Shown here: in pieces, positions 36,440-49,660 of the stretch
How the letters are laid out: each line of letters begins with the position of its first letter
Position numbering within the stretch: position 1 is the first letter of the stretch
DNA from: Octopus sinensis
Lineage: Eukaryota
Reading direction: 5' to 3'
DNA length: 64,000 nucleotides
Assembly: GCF_006345805.1 (NCBI RefSeq)
Contig: NC_043005.1
Coordinates: 99,634,001 to 99,698,000 of the forward strand
Notes under the pieces: generated by a model
Told to the model about the DNA's origin: nothing
The model's database searches: none
The model's input: only the letters and a program-made list of their open reading frames with translations
Program-made: the position numbers and the translations under genes

Positions 36440-37600
36440 ATAGAGGTGGTGGATGGTAGAACATGTAGAATACTGCACTAACTGCTGAGTGAAGTCGATG
36501 GTAGAATTAGTAGAGAGTTTGGCTATTTTCTAGAGGTTAATAGATGGTACAACTGGTAGAATTAGTGGTATGTTGGACCATTTTCAGAGGTAAATATATG
36601 GTAGAATTAGAATTAGTAGAATCTTAAACCATTTTCATAAGGAGGTAGATAACAGATAGAAGGATTAGTAGAATGAAGGACAAACTGCAGAGATAGACTA
36701 GGAGGCAAAATTGGTAGAACACTGGATCAATTTCAAAGAAAAGTATATGGAAGAATTGGTAGAATGTTAAGCCATTTTCAGAAAGAGGTAGATAATAGAT
36801 AGAAGAGTTAGTAGAATGATGGATCAACTGCAGAAATAGACTAGATGGCAAAAGTGGTAGAATACTGGACCAATTTCAGAGAGAAGTATATGATAGAATT
36901 GGCAGAATGTTAAACCATTTTCAGAAGCAGGTAGATAATAGTTATAAGAATTGGTAGAATGATGGACCAACTGCAGAGATAAACTAGGTAGAATACTGAG
37001 AATATTGGCAGTGAGCTGGCAGAAATGTTAGCACACCGGGCGAAATGCTTTGCAGTATTTCGTCTGCCATTACGTTCTGAGATCAAATTCCGCCAAGGTC
37101 AACTTTGCCTTTCATCCTTTCGGGGTCGATTAAATAAGTACCAGTAATGCACTGGGGTCGATGTAATCGACTTAATCCGTTTGTATTTGGTTGGTGGAAA
37201 CTGAAAGAAACTTGTTGTGTGTATATATGTGTGTGTGTATATATGTGTGTGTATATATTAGGCAATTACTTAATTTTTACCATGTGTGTGTGGTAAGAAG
37301 GCAGTGAGCTGGCAGAATTGTTAGCATACTGGGCGGAATTCTTAGAGGTATTTCGTCTGCCTTTACGTTCTGAGTTCAAATTCCGCGGTGGTCGACTTTG
37401 CCTTTCATCCTTTCGGGGTCGATTAAATAAGTACCAGTTACGCACTAGGGTCGATGTAATCAACTTACTCCGTTTGTCTGTCCTTGTTTGTCCCCTCCGT
37501 GTGTGGCCCCTTGTGGGTAGTAAAGAAATAAGAATACTGAGAATATTGGTAGAATACTGAGATGCATATGGTAGAATTGGTAGAATGTTGGTAGAATGTT
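36440..37600. repeat. Degenerate GGTAGAAT-rich satellite (~143-bp period) interrupted by SINE insertions
   Basis: taaaccattttca / taagccattttca / taaaccattttca at about 36626, 36768 and 36911. A related sequence lies in reverse at about 11580-11750. Confidence 0.8.
37007..37531 (+). mobile_element. Composite SINE-A / CORE fragment / SINE-A insertion bounded by an 18-bp direct repeat
   Basis: gaatactgagaatattgg at 36991-37008 and 37532-37549. Confidence 0.7.
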
Positions 37601-39463
37601 AGACAGTAACAACAACACTGGTCTGTTATATCTGACCCACTACAAACCATGCAACGTGACACAATCATTAAAGTAAAATACTCACATTGAAGTGAATGTG
37701 TTGCAAAATAGCTGTCAAGTGGGTATGATGTGGGTACCAGTATGGTGTGTGTATGTGTGTGTGTGTGTGCATGTGGTGTGGCCAGTGGGAAAGGTGGGGA
37801 TATGCCTTCACATTAATTAGGTAGCAGAGTGTAGCTCATGCTGTTATCATTACAGGAATCAATACAGAACATCCATACCCATACCACTAAAATGGAATTA
37901 AATTAAAATATATAGGAAAATGAACTAAATTTGATATAAAATAACTTCACTCTCTCACTTATATAACACACACACACACACACACACATGTACATTATAT
38001 ATATATATATATACATATATGTACATTATATATATATATCATCATCATCATCGTTTAACTTCCGCTTTCCATGCTAATATATATGTGTGTGTGGGTATAT
38101 ATATATAAATATTTATACATACATATATATTCATATACATATATGTATATATATATACACACACACATTATAGATGTACATTAAATATATATTTACATAA
38201 TATATATATGCGTATATATATATATATATATATTTATATACATATATGTTTATATATACACACACACACATTATATATGTTCATTAAATATATATATATA
38301 CATATATATTTATATACATATATGTATATATATATACACACACACATTATATATGTACATTAAATATATATACACATAATATATATGTATGTATATATAA
38401 TTATATATATAGTATATACAACTATTACCACAACTGTAACGACTATTGCAAGAACTGCTAATACAGCAGTAATAACAAAAACAACAACAACCACAACAAT
38501 AACAACAGCAACAACATTAACTCATTCTAAAACAACATTGCCAACTGCTTAAGATGAAGATAATTGGTGGAAAAGAGCCAAACATTTGTGAAGATTAATT
38601 TCATACGGGATTGATTTGTATTTGAGATATACTTTAAAGTGATTTGTAGCCATTGATTTTTGCTTTCATTCAATAAGTTTTTAATTATTTACATTAAGAA
38701 AAAAAAGATTGGCATACAGAGATAGTTTAGCATCTCTCTGCTAAATTGCTATAAAACCAAAGGGACAAAGTGTTTAGATAATAAAAAAGAAGCAATGTAA
38801 ATGTTGAAGTTATTTAAATTTGACGCGTTGCACTGATGTAATAGGGCTGTGATGGTATCTCACTGTTGAGAGATGTGCATGAAGGGGAGAGTAAGGGGGG
38901 GGGTGAGAGAAAGTAAGAGAGAGAAAAAGAGAGGGGAAGAGGAAGTGAGAGAGAGCAACGGAGGGAGAGTGTGTGTGTGTGTGTGAGAGAGATTGAGTGA
39001 AAGAAGATGTGGTAGCTGAGAGAATCGTGAGTGAGATGTAGTCCCCTGACACATCGAAATGAATATTCCAAAATATGCCATCACTCAAGATTGGTGAACC
39101 ATCTAACTCATGCCAGCCAGGAAAGCAGACATAAAATGATGACAATGTTGATGATGATGATAATGTCAATGACTGACTTATAGAAATAGTGCTCTTCAAA
39201 ACACCATAAACAAGAGACATCCTACTACTACTGCTGCTGCTAGTAGTAGTAGTAGTAGTAGTAGGACCATTTTGTGTTCCCTTATATTTGAATAGACCTT
39301 GCTCCCTCTTTGCAACATCTAATAATTAAATTAATTGTAACTAACTGAAATTCTGTTCCTAATGAGGAAATGAAAGCATTAACTCAGGAGGTTCATTTTT
39401 ATCTCAGCGGGAAAGGAAGACAACTTTAAAACTATCATTTAAAGTAGAATTACACATGTAGTA

Positions 39464-39670
39464 TGTGCCTATTTCTGTTTACAACACAGTCACTCCTGTG
39501 CCTATTTTTGCTTACAACACAGCCACTCCTATGCTTATTGCTACTTACCACACAGCCATACCTGCACCTATAACTACTTACTACACAGTTACATTTGTGC
39601 CTATAGCAACTTACCACACAGCCACTCCTGTGCCTATTCCCACTTACCACACAACCACTCCTGCGCCTAT
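39464..39670 (-). repeat. 33-bp x ~6.3 minisatellite derived from the SINE-B 5' head
   Basis: Unit tgtgcctat..acttaccacacagccactcc is the reverse complement of ggagtggctgtgtggtaagt..ataggcaca. Confidence 0.9.
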
Positions 39671-40148
39671 AATTTGTTTCATATTTTGGTGCAAGGCCAG
39701 CAATTTTGGAGGAGTGGGTAAATCGATTACATTGACCCCAAAAGGATGAAAGGCAATGTTGACCTCAGTGAAATTTGAACTTAGAACATCAACATGGATA
39801 AAATGCTGCTAAGCATTTTGCCCTGTGTGCTAACGATTCTGCCTGCTGGCCACCTTAGTGATGAGTTTAATATTAGAGGTTATAAGGAGAAGGAGGAACT
39901 GTCAGCTCAAAAGTCAGGGGTTGTGTAGTGAGTTTAATTTTGGGGGTTATGTATTTATTCTATGAAGAGAACCTGAATAGGGACAATAGAACTGAGTACT
40001 GGTGGGCTGTGACATTAGCATTTCTAATTTGATAGGAGGGGTGGTACTTAATTTGCAGCTCAGTTGACTGAGCCAGTAGTAGTTAAGTGTTTTTGGTATG
40101 TTCTGGAGATATGATAAGTAGACAGAATTCTTCTGTTTTCTGTTGGCA

Positions 40149-40847
40149 ATATTAATATCTAAGTATAAGGTGGTGAGCTGGCAGAATCGTTAACATGCTG
40201 GGCAAAGTGTTTAGTGGCATTTCTTCCAACTTTATGTTCTGAGTTCAAATTCCACTGAGGTTGACTTTGCCTTTTATCCTTTTGGGGTAGTTAAAATAAG
40301 TATCAGTTGAACACTGGGGTTGAGGCAATCGACTATTAACCTCCCCTGAAATTGCTGGCCTTGTGCCAAAATTTGAAATCATTATTAACATCTAGGTATA
40401 AGGCAATGAGCTGGCAGAATCATTAACACACTGGGCAAAATGCTTAGTGGTATTCCGTCTGTCTTTACATTCTGAGTTCAAATTCCACTAAGGTCAACTT
40501 TGACTTTTATCCTTCTGGGGTTGATAAAATAAGTACCCGTTGAGCACTAAGGTTGATGTAATCGACATACCCACCTCCTCAGAATTGCTGGCCAAAATCT
40601 GAAACCACTATCAATAACTAGGTTTAAAGTGGCAAGCTTGCACCAGAAAAAATGCTTAGTGGCATTTTCTCTCAACTTTATGTTTTGAGTTCAAATAGCA
40701 TTGGGGTTGACTTTCTCTTTCGTTCTTTTGGGGTCAATAAAATAAGCACCAGTTTTACACTGGGGTGAATGTAATCGACTTAGCCCACTCTCTGAAATTA
40801 CTGCCTTGTACCAAAATTTGAAACCGATATTAATATCTAGGTATAAG
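40149..40847 (+). mobile_element. Three head-to-tail SINE-A (tail variant B) copies separated and bounded by four copies of a ~21-bp spacer
   Basis: Spacer atattaatatcta(a/g)gtataag at about 40149, 40382, 40608 (degenerate) and 40827. Confidence 0.85.
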
Positions 40848-42059
40848 CAATAGTGTAATATCTTGCTATACCAATATACCAATACTGTGGTGCCTAGGTA
40901 TGCCAATATAACAATGTAACCGTAGTATGGTGCCAAGACACAGCAAGGAATCAGTGTCAATAATACATCAGCTTTTATTGTTTTTCTCAGTCAATACTCA
41001 CCAGTCTTTAATATTCCAAGACTATTGTCTTGTGGATGGTAAAATCTAGTATTTCTTATTGCTTCCACAACAATATTCCACTAGATGCAGCAGATATATT
41101 TCTGTAATCATTTTTCTACAACAATTCACGAATTTCAGTTTCAGACAACCTAGAATCGTTTGCAGACTCTTTGCTTCAAAATGTTAAATTACTTTCTGTC
41201 AATCACATTCTCCATTCTACTTCATCATAACCTCAATATTCTTCCAGTTTAAACAAGAATCTAAAACCATATTCTGAAGTAACACTTCTTTATTAATAAA
41301 TTTCTCACACCAATATCTATAGTTTAAAACCAATATTTACAGAGTGTTCTGGCTAATTTTGATGAATTTTTATGTATATTTTTTTCATGTATTGGTGAAC
41401 AATCAATGACGTTGAAGAGTATAAAGATTAAAGTTGGAGTTGAGGAAAAGCTAGCTGACATGGTGGAGTGGAAGCCATCATCATCACCCCCCCCCCATCA
41501 TCACATCATCATCATCGTCATCATCGTTTAACGTCCGCTTTCCATGCTAGCATGGGTTGGACGATTTGACCGGGGTCTGGGAGGCCAGGAGACTGCACCA
41601 GGCTCCAGTCTGATCTTGCAGTGTTTCTACAGCTGGATGCCCTTCCTAACGCCAACCACTCTGTGAGTGTAGTGGGTGCTTTTTATGTGCCACCGGCACA
41701 GGGGCCAGAGGAGGCTGGTAAATGGCCACAATCGGTTGGTGCTTTTTATGTGCCACCGGCACGGGTATCATAACTACAATTTCCATTTGATTTTTATTTT
41801 TATTTTGATGTTGACATACTTGACTCAATAGGTCTCCTCAAGCATAGTGGGTCACTTGCAAATGTGGCACAAGGAATTTTGAAGGAATGATTGAGTCAAT
41901 TGCATTCACCCTAGGACTCAACTGGTGCTTATTTTATTGACCCTGAAAGGATGAAAGTCAAACTAAACCCATGTAGTATTTGAAAACAAATTTGGAAGAA
42001 CTGCTACTAATTATTTTGTCCAACATGGTAATAATTCATCCAGCTCACTGCCTTAAGCC

Positions 42060-42750
42060 ACCTGTATATGAGAAAAGAGTTACCTGTGTCACGATGATTT
42101 GCACTGGGCATCAAAATGCTGACTTCACGACTGCTGCCCAATGCTCTGTGAACACTTCAGAGTTTGTAAGACATCATGGACATCATAGAAACCAAGCTTC
42201 CCCAGAAGTGTGATGGTCTTTGGGTGTGTCTCCTGCGAGGGTGACGTCATGGATCTTAGGTTCAATTCAGATGGCTATGTGAAGCTGCTGGAGACTGTGA
42301 TCAATTCAATCCCTAGCCTGGGAGAGTTGCTGTTGGAAAGCAGCAGGATTTAGCTCCTTGCCATATGTCATGGAAAGAGTCAGAAGGGGTTTTTGGAGAA
42401 TTTCTATGATATTATCAACCCCAATTTCTTGGTCTCCTAATTCCCTTGGTTGTAATCCTATGGATTACTGTGTGGAGTGCAGTTGAGAAAGACACCAACT
42501 GCTCTGCCTGCAACATCAAGGGTGAGCTGGTGGCCAAGAACAAGGAAGCGTTTGAGCATCTTCCCAGGGACACAGTATGGAATGCCTGTTCTGGGGCCGT
42601 CAGGGTAGCGACATTTTGTGACCTGTTATTTCCCAGCCCCAACTTACTTGATATTTATTGATTTCTTAAAATACTTCTATTTTTGAATGGGATATTGTGT
42701 TTTCTCGTACTTTTAAGCAAAATGTCAAATATAGCGTAAACACCTTGAAT
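42060..42750 (+). mobile_element. Decayed maT-like transposon fragment
   Basis: VMVFGCVSCEGDVM and ..DY.VWSAVEKDTN..CNIKGEL; homologous to 53681-54551. Confidence 0.75.
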
Positions 42751-44079
42751 AGTTTGGTAGAGAGAAACAGTGATTTCAGTCTTCACCTGATTTTTGTATT
42801 TTCTGACCAAGGAGGAATGAATAGTAAAATCACTAATGGTAAAATTAGAACTCAGAATATGGAAAGCAAAAGCAAATACTCTAATACATATTAGTCCACT
42901 ACTCCACTGATCTATTAATTCATTGTTATTCTAAGATAATAAATCTGTGTCACCCAACATGATGATGATGATGATGATGATGATGATAACAACAGTCATC
43001 ATCATCATCGTTGTCATTGTCATCACTGTCTTTGCCGTTTTCCTTTTCATGTTTCTGACTCACTTGGAAATAAGCCACTTGAGATATTTAAGAATTTAAC
43101 AAGATTAATATAGAACACATAAAATGTTAGCTGATTATTTAATCCATCTAATGTTGATGCTGAGTGACATCTAATGATTGTGAAGACTTAAAGCTGGCGC
43201 TACTAAAGGATGTGGTTGTACGGATGGCATGATGACATTGAACAAAAGAGCAACATGAGACGAAGTAGTCTGCCTACAACCTAATAGAGATAATAGCGGG
43301 AATCACTAGAGAACAGAAATATGGTTACCAAGATGAGAGTGCCAGCAGAAAGAAGAAGAAGAAAAAAAAAAAGAAAATATATCAAACATAAAATGAAGGA
43401 AATTGTTCCAAAACTCTTAAAGTATTAACAGGTCATAACTGAAGATTTTGTCTTCATATTGTGGGTGAAAGAGCAAATCAACTTGAAGTCCATCTCTATC
43501 TCCAGATGATGGATTAGGATTATCACTGGATATTGTATGATGGGGAAGCTCAAACATGTGATATCCAATGATAATCAATTGTGTATTGACTCAAAGGCTT
43601 GATTCACTCACTGCTTTTCACCAGTCTATGGCATTCAAACATATAATATTTTGTATAATGTATTCTGTCATGGTAGGAATGGCAGCTAGATTTTTGCAGT
43701 TGAAGCAAAAATAGGAAAACTGCCATCTGGAAATAACAGGAAAATAATAACTGCCATCATTGATGGTTCTTTGTGCACTCAGCTATCAATATATTTCAAA
43801 GATTCCAGGAATCTACAAATGGAACTAACAAAGAATACGGGATACAAACTCTCAGATATAAAATGTAGATGCCACTCTCGCATTCAAGAATATAGTGAAG
43901 GATTGATTAGCTTCTTTTTCAGCATGGCTGTGAGTTGAAGAGGTTCACTTTGTAGCCATGTGGCTTCAGGTTCAGTTCCCCAGTGAGACACCTTGGGCAA
44001 ATGTCTTTTACTATACATCGCAACAAACCAAGGCGCTTGGAGTGAATGAGGCAGACAAAATTGAAAAGCCCATTGCATC

Positions 44080-44141
<62 letters not shown>

Positions 44142-44267
44142 CACACACATACATAGATATACATACACATATATATATACATACATACAAACACACATAT
44201 AATCAAATGAATAATAACAGATGATAGATATTATTCATTTGATTGTAATACACTGTAAGATGTCTTT

Positions 44268-44305
<38 letters not shown>

Positions 44306-45250
44306 GGTCTGGCAAGACAAACAGTAGAAATAGAACCAAAAACTAAAGTCTTGGAAGTGGATTTGGTAGAGTAAAACTGAAAGAAGTCCATCCTGTATGT
44401 ATGTATGTGTGTGTGTGTTTGTGTGTGTACCTCTGTCTTGGCATTACATCATCATCATCATCATTTAACGTCCACTTTCCAAGCTGGCATGGGTTGAATT
44501 GTTTGACAGAAGACTGCACCAGACTTCAGTGTCTGTTTTTAGCATGGTTTTTACGGCTGGATGTCCTTCCGAAGACCAACCAGCCGGCAGAGTTAACAGA
44601 GTGATTTCTATATGGCACCAGCACAGGTGAGGTCAGTTTTAGCATGGTTTTTACAGCTGGATGCCCTTCCAAATGCCAACCATTTTACAGTGTGGATTGG
44701 ATACTTTTTACATGACACCAGCGTTGGTAGGGTCACCAAGTAACTTGCAAGACAAAGATTGTTTGGGAGGAGAGCGGGGCATTGGGGGAGCTGGTCTTGT
44801 TCTAGATGAGGAAAAGTTAGAGTGTGACAGACAGACAAAAACAGGTCAGTAGGGGAGATACATGAGAGAGAGAGAGAGAAGAGAGAGAGAGGTGGGTAAA
44901 CAAATGTCACTGTCATTTCCGGTCTTCCATGTCTGGCCAAGGGGAAATAGTGCCTTGTTTAGAAACCCTAACCCATTCAGAAGAAAACTCTTAGACCCTA
45001 AAGTTATTTGAAAAAGAAAATGCTACAAACAATCATAAAAAAAAAATAAAAACACACTGCATTATCATAATTTAGTTACATTTTTCTGTTGTTGTGATTT
45101 GAAGAATTCAACTCCATAACTAAGACATTAAAAGACAGTGACTTGGCTGAGCCTATTCTTCTTCAGGGAGACCCTTAATATTTGGTTGGAATTATGGCTG
45201 TTATTCATAATGGTTAGTCAGTTTCCATATTCAGTTTATTTCTATTACAG

Positions 45251-45290
45251 CGAAAGAAAACTCTTTCACTTGAATATGAAGTTGGAAATG
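45251..45290 (+). CDS. Candidate 40-nt internal exon
   Basis: ttcagtttatttctattacag|CGAAAG...GGAAATG|gtatga; open as RKKTLSLEYEVGN(G) or ERKLFHLNMKLEM. Support is from splice signals only. Confidence 0.35.
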
Positions 45291-46377
45291 GTATGAACAG
45301 TTCCAAAACCTTTGTGCTTAGAGTAGGATACTCCATTAATAATGCAATAGGAAATTTTGTCAATTCAACCTCTTGGAATTTTGATTTTTAAGGTGAAATC
45401 TATTGCATTGTCTATTTTGATGTTCTTTTCTTCCTATAAAGGATTGCTTAAGTTTAACAAGTTTACAAATGGGTTTTCTTCCCAAAGCTGGCTTTCAATT
45501 TTCAAATCAAAAAAATTTTCTGTTATTGAAATGTTGCAAAATTGAATCTTTTCTACCTTGATGTAGGGGAATTTTATGACAAGAAATAACAAAACAACAC
45601 CAAAAAAAACCCAACTAAATTTTCAAAACATCATCCTTAGTAATATATAGTCACCCCAGAGTTTTAGTTTACACTTAAGTGCATTCCTTTTACTTTAAAA
45701 TGTATTATATTAGCAGTACCCTGAATTCTGAGATTAACCTTATTCAAATAAGTGGATATCTCAGAAAGATATGCCACTTTTCCCATGTAATACTGATCTT
45801 TGAGTTGAAAGTTTAAAAAGATGTTCACAGAGAAATAACCCGATTTCTTTATGAAACTAAAAAAATTAAAGCAGAATCAACTCTGTGGAACAATTTCTAA
45901 TATCATAACACAAAGCCATGCAGTAACCAGGGTTTAGAATATCTAGGCTTTCTAATTCAAAATTTGAACTACTTATTCATCATAACTGTTATGCCGAATA
46001 AAATATTCAAAGAATCAAATTGCAAACTGGAGAATATAATGTCTTTTGTTCTAAAGAAGCTCAAAGCCACTTCACGTGATGGTTGCCAAAAATATTTGGT
46101 TATAAATTTATTCTGACATTATTTTGCATTGTAAAGTGGAACTTTTATATTTATAGATCTGAGTGTAAAGTTCAGTTTTAGAAAATATCTCAAGATTTAT
46201 TGAAATGTTTTAAATAAAGCACTTTTTAAGCAAATATAAAGATTACAATAAATTGTAGACTTCCATACTTGTGTATGAATGCATACGAAAACACACATGT
46301 ACCTATTTCAAAGTACATAAGATTCTAACTGTACTTGTAAACATTGTGTGTGTGAGAGGGGGGAAGAGAGAGAGGTG

Positions 46378-46409
<32 letters not shown>

Positions 46410-46689
46410 ATAATTCAAAAAACTAAAATGTCTTTTCAATAAATTAAAACTTAAAAGAGCTTTTCTCCGTTTTGTTTTTTAACACTCACTGAGACTCAGA
46501 GACAACCTATTATTAAAAGCAACTTTCCATCATAGCTGTGCTTTATCTCAATGCTGACCTTAGATTGAGCAACAACACTTTCTTTTTTTTATGTGCCCTT
46601 TTCAAGCCTAGCCAGGCGCATGGGCCCGGGTTCCTGGTTTCTGTGGCATATGTGTTCCCCCCAGTTGGACGAGACGCCAATCCATCGCA

Positions 46690-46890
46690 GCGTTCCTCAA
46701 GAAACAGGAAGTAAGAGTGAGAGAAAGTGGGGGCAAAAGAGTATAACAGGGGTAACCACCCCCCCTGCCGAAGCCTCGTGGAGCTTTAGGTTTTTTGCTC
46801 AATAAACACACACAACGCCCAGTCTGGGAATCGAAATCACAATCCTCCGACCGCAAGTCGGCAGCCCTAACCACTGGGCCATTGCACCTC
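46690..46890 (-). mobile_element. tRNA-headed SINE family D (second copy at about 56370-56565)
   Basis: Minus strand gtggaggtgcaatggcccagtggttagggc..gtgatttcgattcccagactgggcg, with tRNA-like A and B boxes. Confidence 0.8.
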
Positions 46891-47283
46891 CACAACAACA
46901 TTAATAACAACAACAATTGCTGTAATATCAACCTTTATCTTATGTTATATCCCATTTGTGATAAGGACCATCATTTGATTCTACAGTCTTGTAATTAAGA
47001 AAACATCATAATTTCCACAGTATTCAATGAAATCTGGAATGAAAATTTAGTCAGTCTAGTAATTATTTTTGTAGTATACATATAACAGCAACCCACCAGA
47101 GACCACTAACCCTGGTTTCATGGTACACAAAGACTTGTTTGTAATTATTAATATTTAGATTAAAACATCTCATAATTTTTATGTAAGCATATTGTGTTAA
47201 CTTATTTTCCAAATATCAGCTACAAATTTTCTCTTTTTCTTTCTCCCTCTTTCATTCTATTCTCTCTCTCTCTCTCTCATAAG

Positions 47284-47342
47284 ATCATGTGACAGAAGAG
47301 ATTTGTGACTTGGGATAACTCATGAATCAGTTTAACTAGTAG
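47284..47342 (+). other. Candidate exon with stops in all frames (phase-1 reading DHVTEEICDLG*)
   Basis: Long (CT)n tract, then ataag|...TAG|gtgagc. It is phase-compatible with 45251-45290. Confidence 0.2.
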
Positions 47343-48539
47343 GTGAGCATATCTAATATCTACCAATTAAATGGCCAACCATTTACTGTTAAACAGATAA
47401 AACCACTGCTCCTAACATAAGCCAGTAGTATTCTATTTTGTCAGTGACTAGTTCTTACTAGTGAAAGCACATGGCTCAGTGGTTAGAGTCTTAAGCTCAC
47501 AATCATGAGATTGTGAGTTCAATTCTTGGACTGGACTCTGTGTTGTGTTCTTCAGCAAGACACTTTATATCACATTGCTTCATTCACTGTAGAAATGAGT
47601 TGCAAAGTCACTGCAACCAAACTGTATCAGCCTTTGCCTTTCCCTTGAATAACATTGGTGGCATGGAGAGGTAGGGCTGGCATGCATTAGTGACTGCTGG
47701 TCTTCCATAAACAACCTTGCCTGGACTTGTGCCTCAGAGGGGGACTTCCAAGGTGCATCTCATGGTCATTCATGACTGAAGGGAGATTTTACCCTTTTTA
47801 GTTCTTATTATCCAAGGAACTACCAAAATATTACTAACCATCCTCAATTCCTACAAAAGCGGCAGAGTCAGGTTTGAAGACTGGATCTCCTCACACAATA
47901 AAACAATAAAATTATTAACAAAAGAGACAAAAAAAATCAACCAAGAGAAAGAAAAAAACAATGAAAAAACTAAAACCTCTCCTCAAGAATTTTAAAGTTT
48001 AAGGTATTACTTTAAGGCTGAATATTAAATCATTTTGCGTGTTTCTTATTTCTACTTCACTTTTTAAAACTCACTTCAATGTGTTTCCATCTACTCAGAC
48101 TATTGGCATTAATTATTTACTATTTCCCTGGAACGATGTCTACACTAAACCATACAAAGTAGAAAAAAAAAATCAAGGCAAATAAATAAATAAATTTATA
48201 ATAAAAATTCCCTCTGAGAATTAACCACTTTCTCATTGAATAAAATGTATACACTTTCCTCTGAATATAAATTGTTCTTTGTTTGGCACCAACAAAGAAT
48301 TTTGGCATTGCTTTTGTGATGTTTCACCTTCACTGAAGAATTTCAATTCAAATAAGTAAAGTCAACCAGCATCAACAATTTTTGAAATCACCCATGTTCT
48401 TCGTCAAGAAATCAGTAACAATTTGGCTTCCTTGCAAATTTCTTGGTAACAATAGATTCAACAGTGATATAATTAACTTTATATACATATATAAACCATA
48501 TAGACATATACATATATAATCACACATACACACGTGCAT

Positions 48540-48585
<46 letters not shown>

Positions 48586-49000
48586 CTTCAAGTAGATATA
48601 TAGAGTCAGCTTACTCAGTGTATCACTGAAGTAGAGCTGATATTTTCAACTACCATGAATCATTCAGAGGGTTAGTCTACTGGCTCCCATCTCAGCACCC
48701 TTGTATATGTCAGTATACATATGCACATATATTCATTTATACACACACACACACACATATATATATACATATTATATAATTATATATATATATTATATAA
48801 TTAACAAGATTATGAAACAGCTGTAAACTAATGGAATAAACATCTACTCTTTCACCTCACTTCTCTTATCTGTTCTTTCTATCTGTCTGTCTGTCTATAT
48901 ATCACACACACACACACACACATATATACATATATATATATATATAATATATATATATATATAAATGGAGTTTAACGCAGGTGTAGATCAAATACTTTTA

Positions 49001-49085
49001 CTTTCGACACATGTTTCAAAGATTTCACTGATAGTATTCAAAAGAATAAATGGTATAAAACAATGCAATCTTCTTTTCAGGGAAG
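49001..49085 (-). ncRNA. Degenerate type I hammerhead
   Basis: CTTCC-CTGAAAA(G8>A)-GAAGATT...AATCTTT-GAAA-CATGTG-T-C-GAAAG. Confidence 0.6.
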
Positions 49086-49500
49086 TGGAAAAACGAAACT
49101 CATCAATAAGACATTTTAGCAAAAAATGATGGATTTGTATAGTGATTTGCTGAACGCTATTAATATTGTTTGAAAAACCGTTATATGATATAACATCAGA
49201 AGTAGCCTATAGAAGGAGTAGGGATATTTATAGTGAATGTTAAATATAAAGGAAATTAATGTTTAAATTATATATAATGATAAAGATTACTTATATGAAC
49301 TAAAGGTGTGCTTTTGCCAATGTTTACATTGTATGCACGCTCTATAACCGTGTTTAGTAGGGGATTTTTAGAAAAAATAATGAAAAATAGTTCAGAATTA
49401 CAGAGAAGACAGAATTCCTTGCCTTTGTCATAAGGTATCGAGATTGAGAGAATCAACCATTCTAAATTAACTTTATTCTTTAAAACAGTATATATATATG
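49001..49500 (-). mobile_element. Penelope-like element 3' end (GIY-YIG C-terminus plus tail hammerhead)
   Basis: KVNLEWLILSISIPYDKGKEFCLLCNSELFFIIFSKNPLLN matches the PLE W.IL...PY....C.LC..E..I.....LLN signature. Confidence 0.8.
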
Positions 49501-49536
49501 TATTGCATGGAAGGCGGATGTTAAACGATGATAATG

Positions 49537-49571
<35 letters not shown>

Positions 49572-49606
49572 TATATCACATTGAAACTAACTATGACTTA
49601 ATTTTT

Positions 49607-49660
49607 CCTCTCCGATGAAGGGATATTATTAATTAATATCCTAGAAACAGCTGTAAAACC
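49607..49660 (+). ncRNA. Degenerate type I hammerhead
   Basis: CCGATGA(U4>C)-AG-GGATATT...AATATCC-TA-GAAA-CAGCTG-T-A. Helix III is the palindrome ACAGCTGT; helix I is lost. Confidence 0.55.

Noticed and set aside
40149-40847. CRISPR-like repeat-spacer appearance
   Set aside because: The long units are homologous SINE copies rather than unique spacers, the context is eukaryotic, and there are no cas genes.
46820-46890. tRNA gene (also heads at 21280, 47465, 56500)
   Set aside because: A and B boxes are present but there is no cloverleaf acceptor stem, and each continues into a SINE body.
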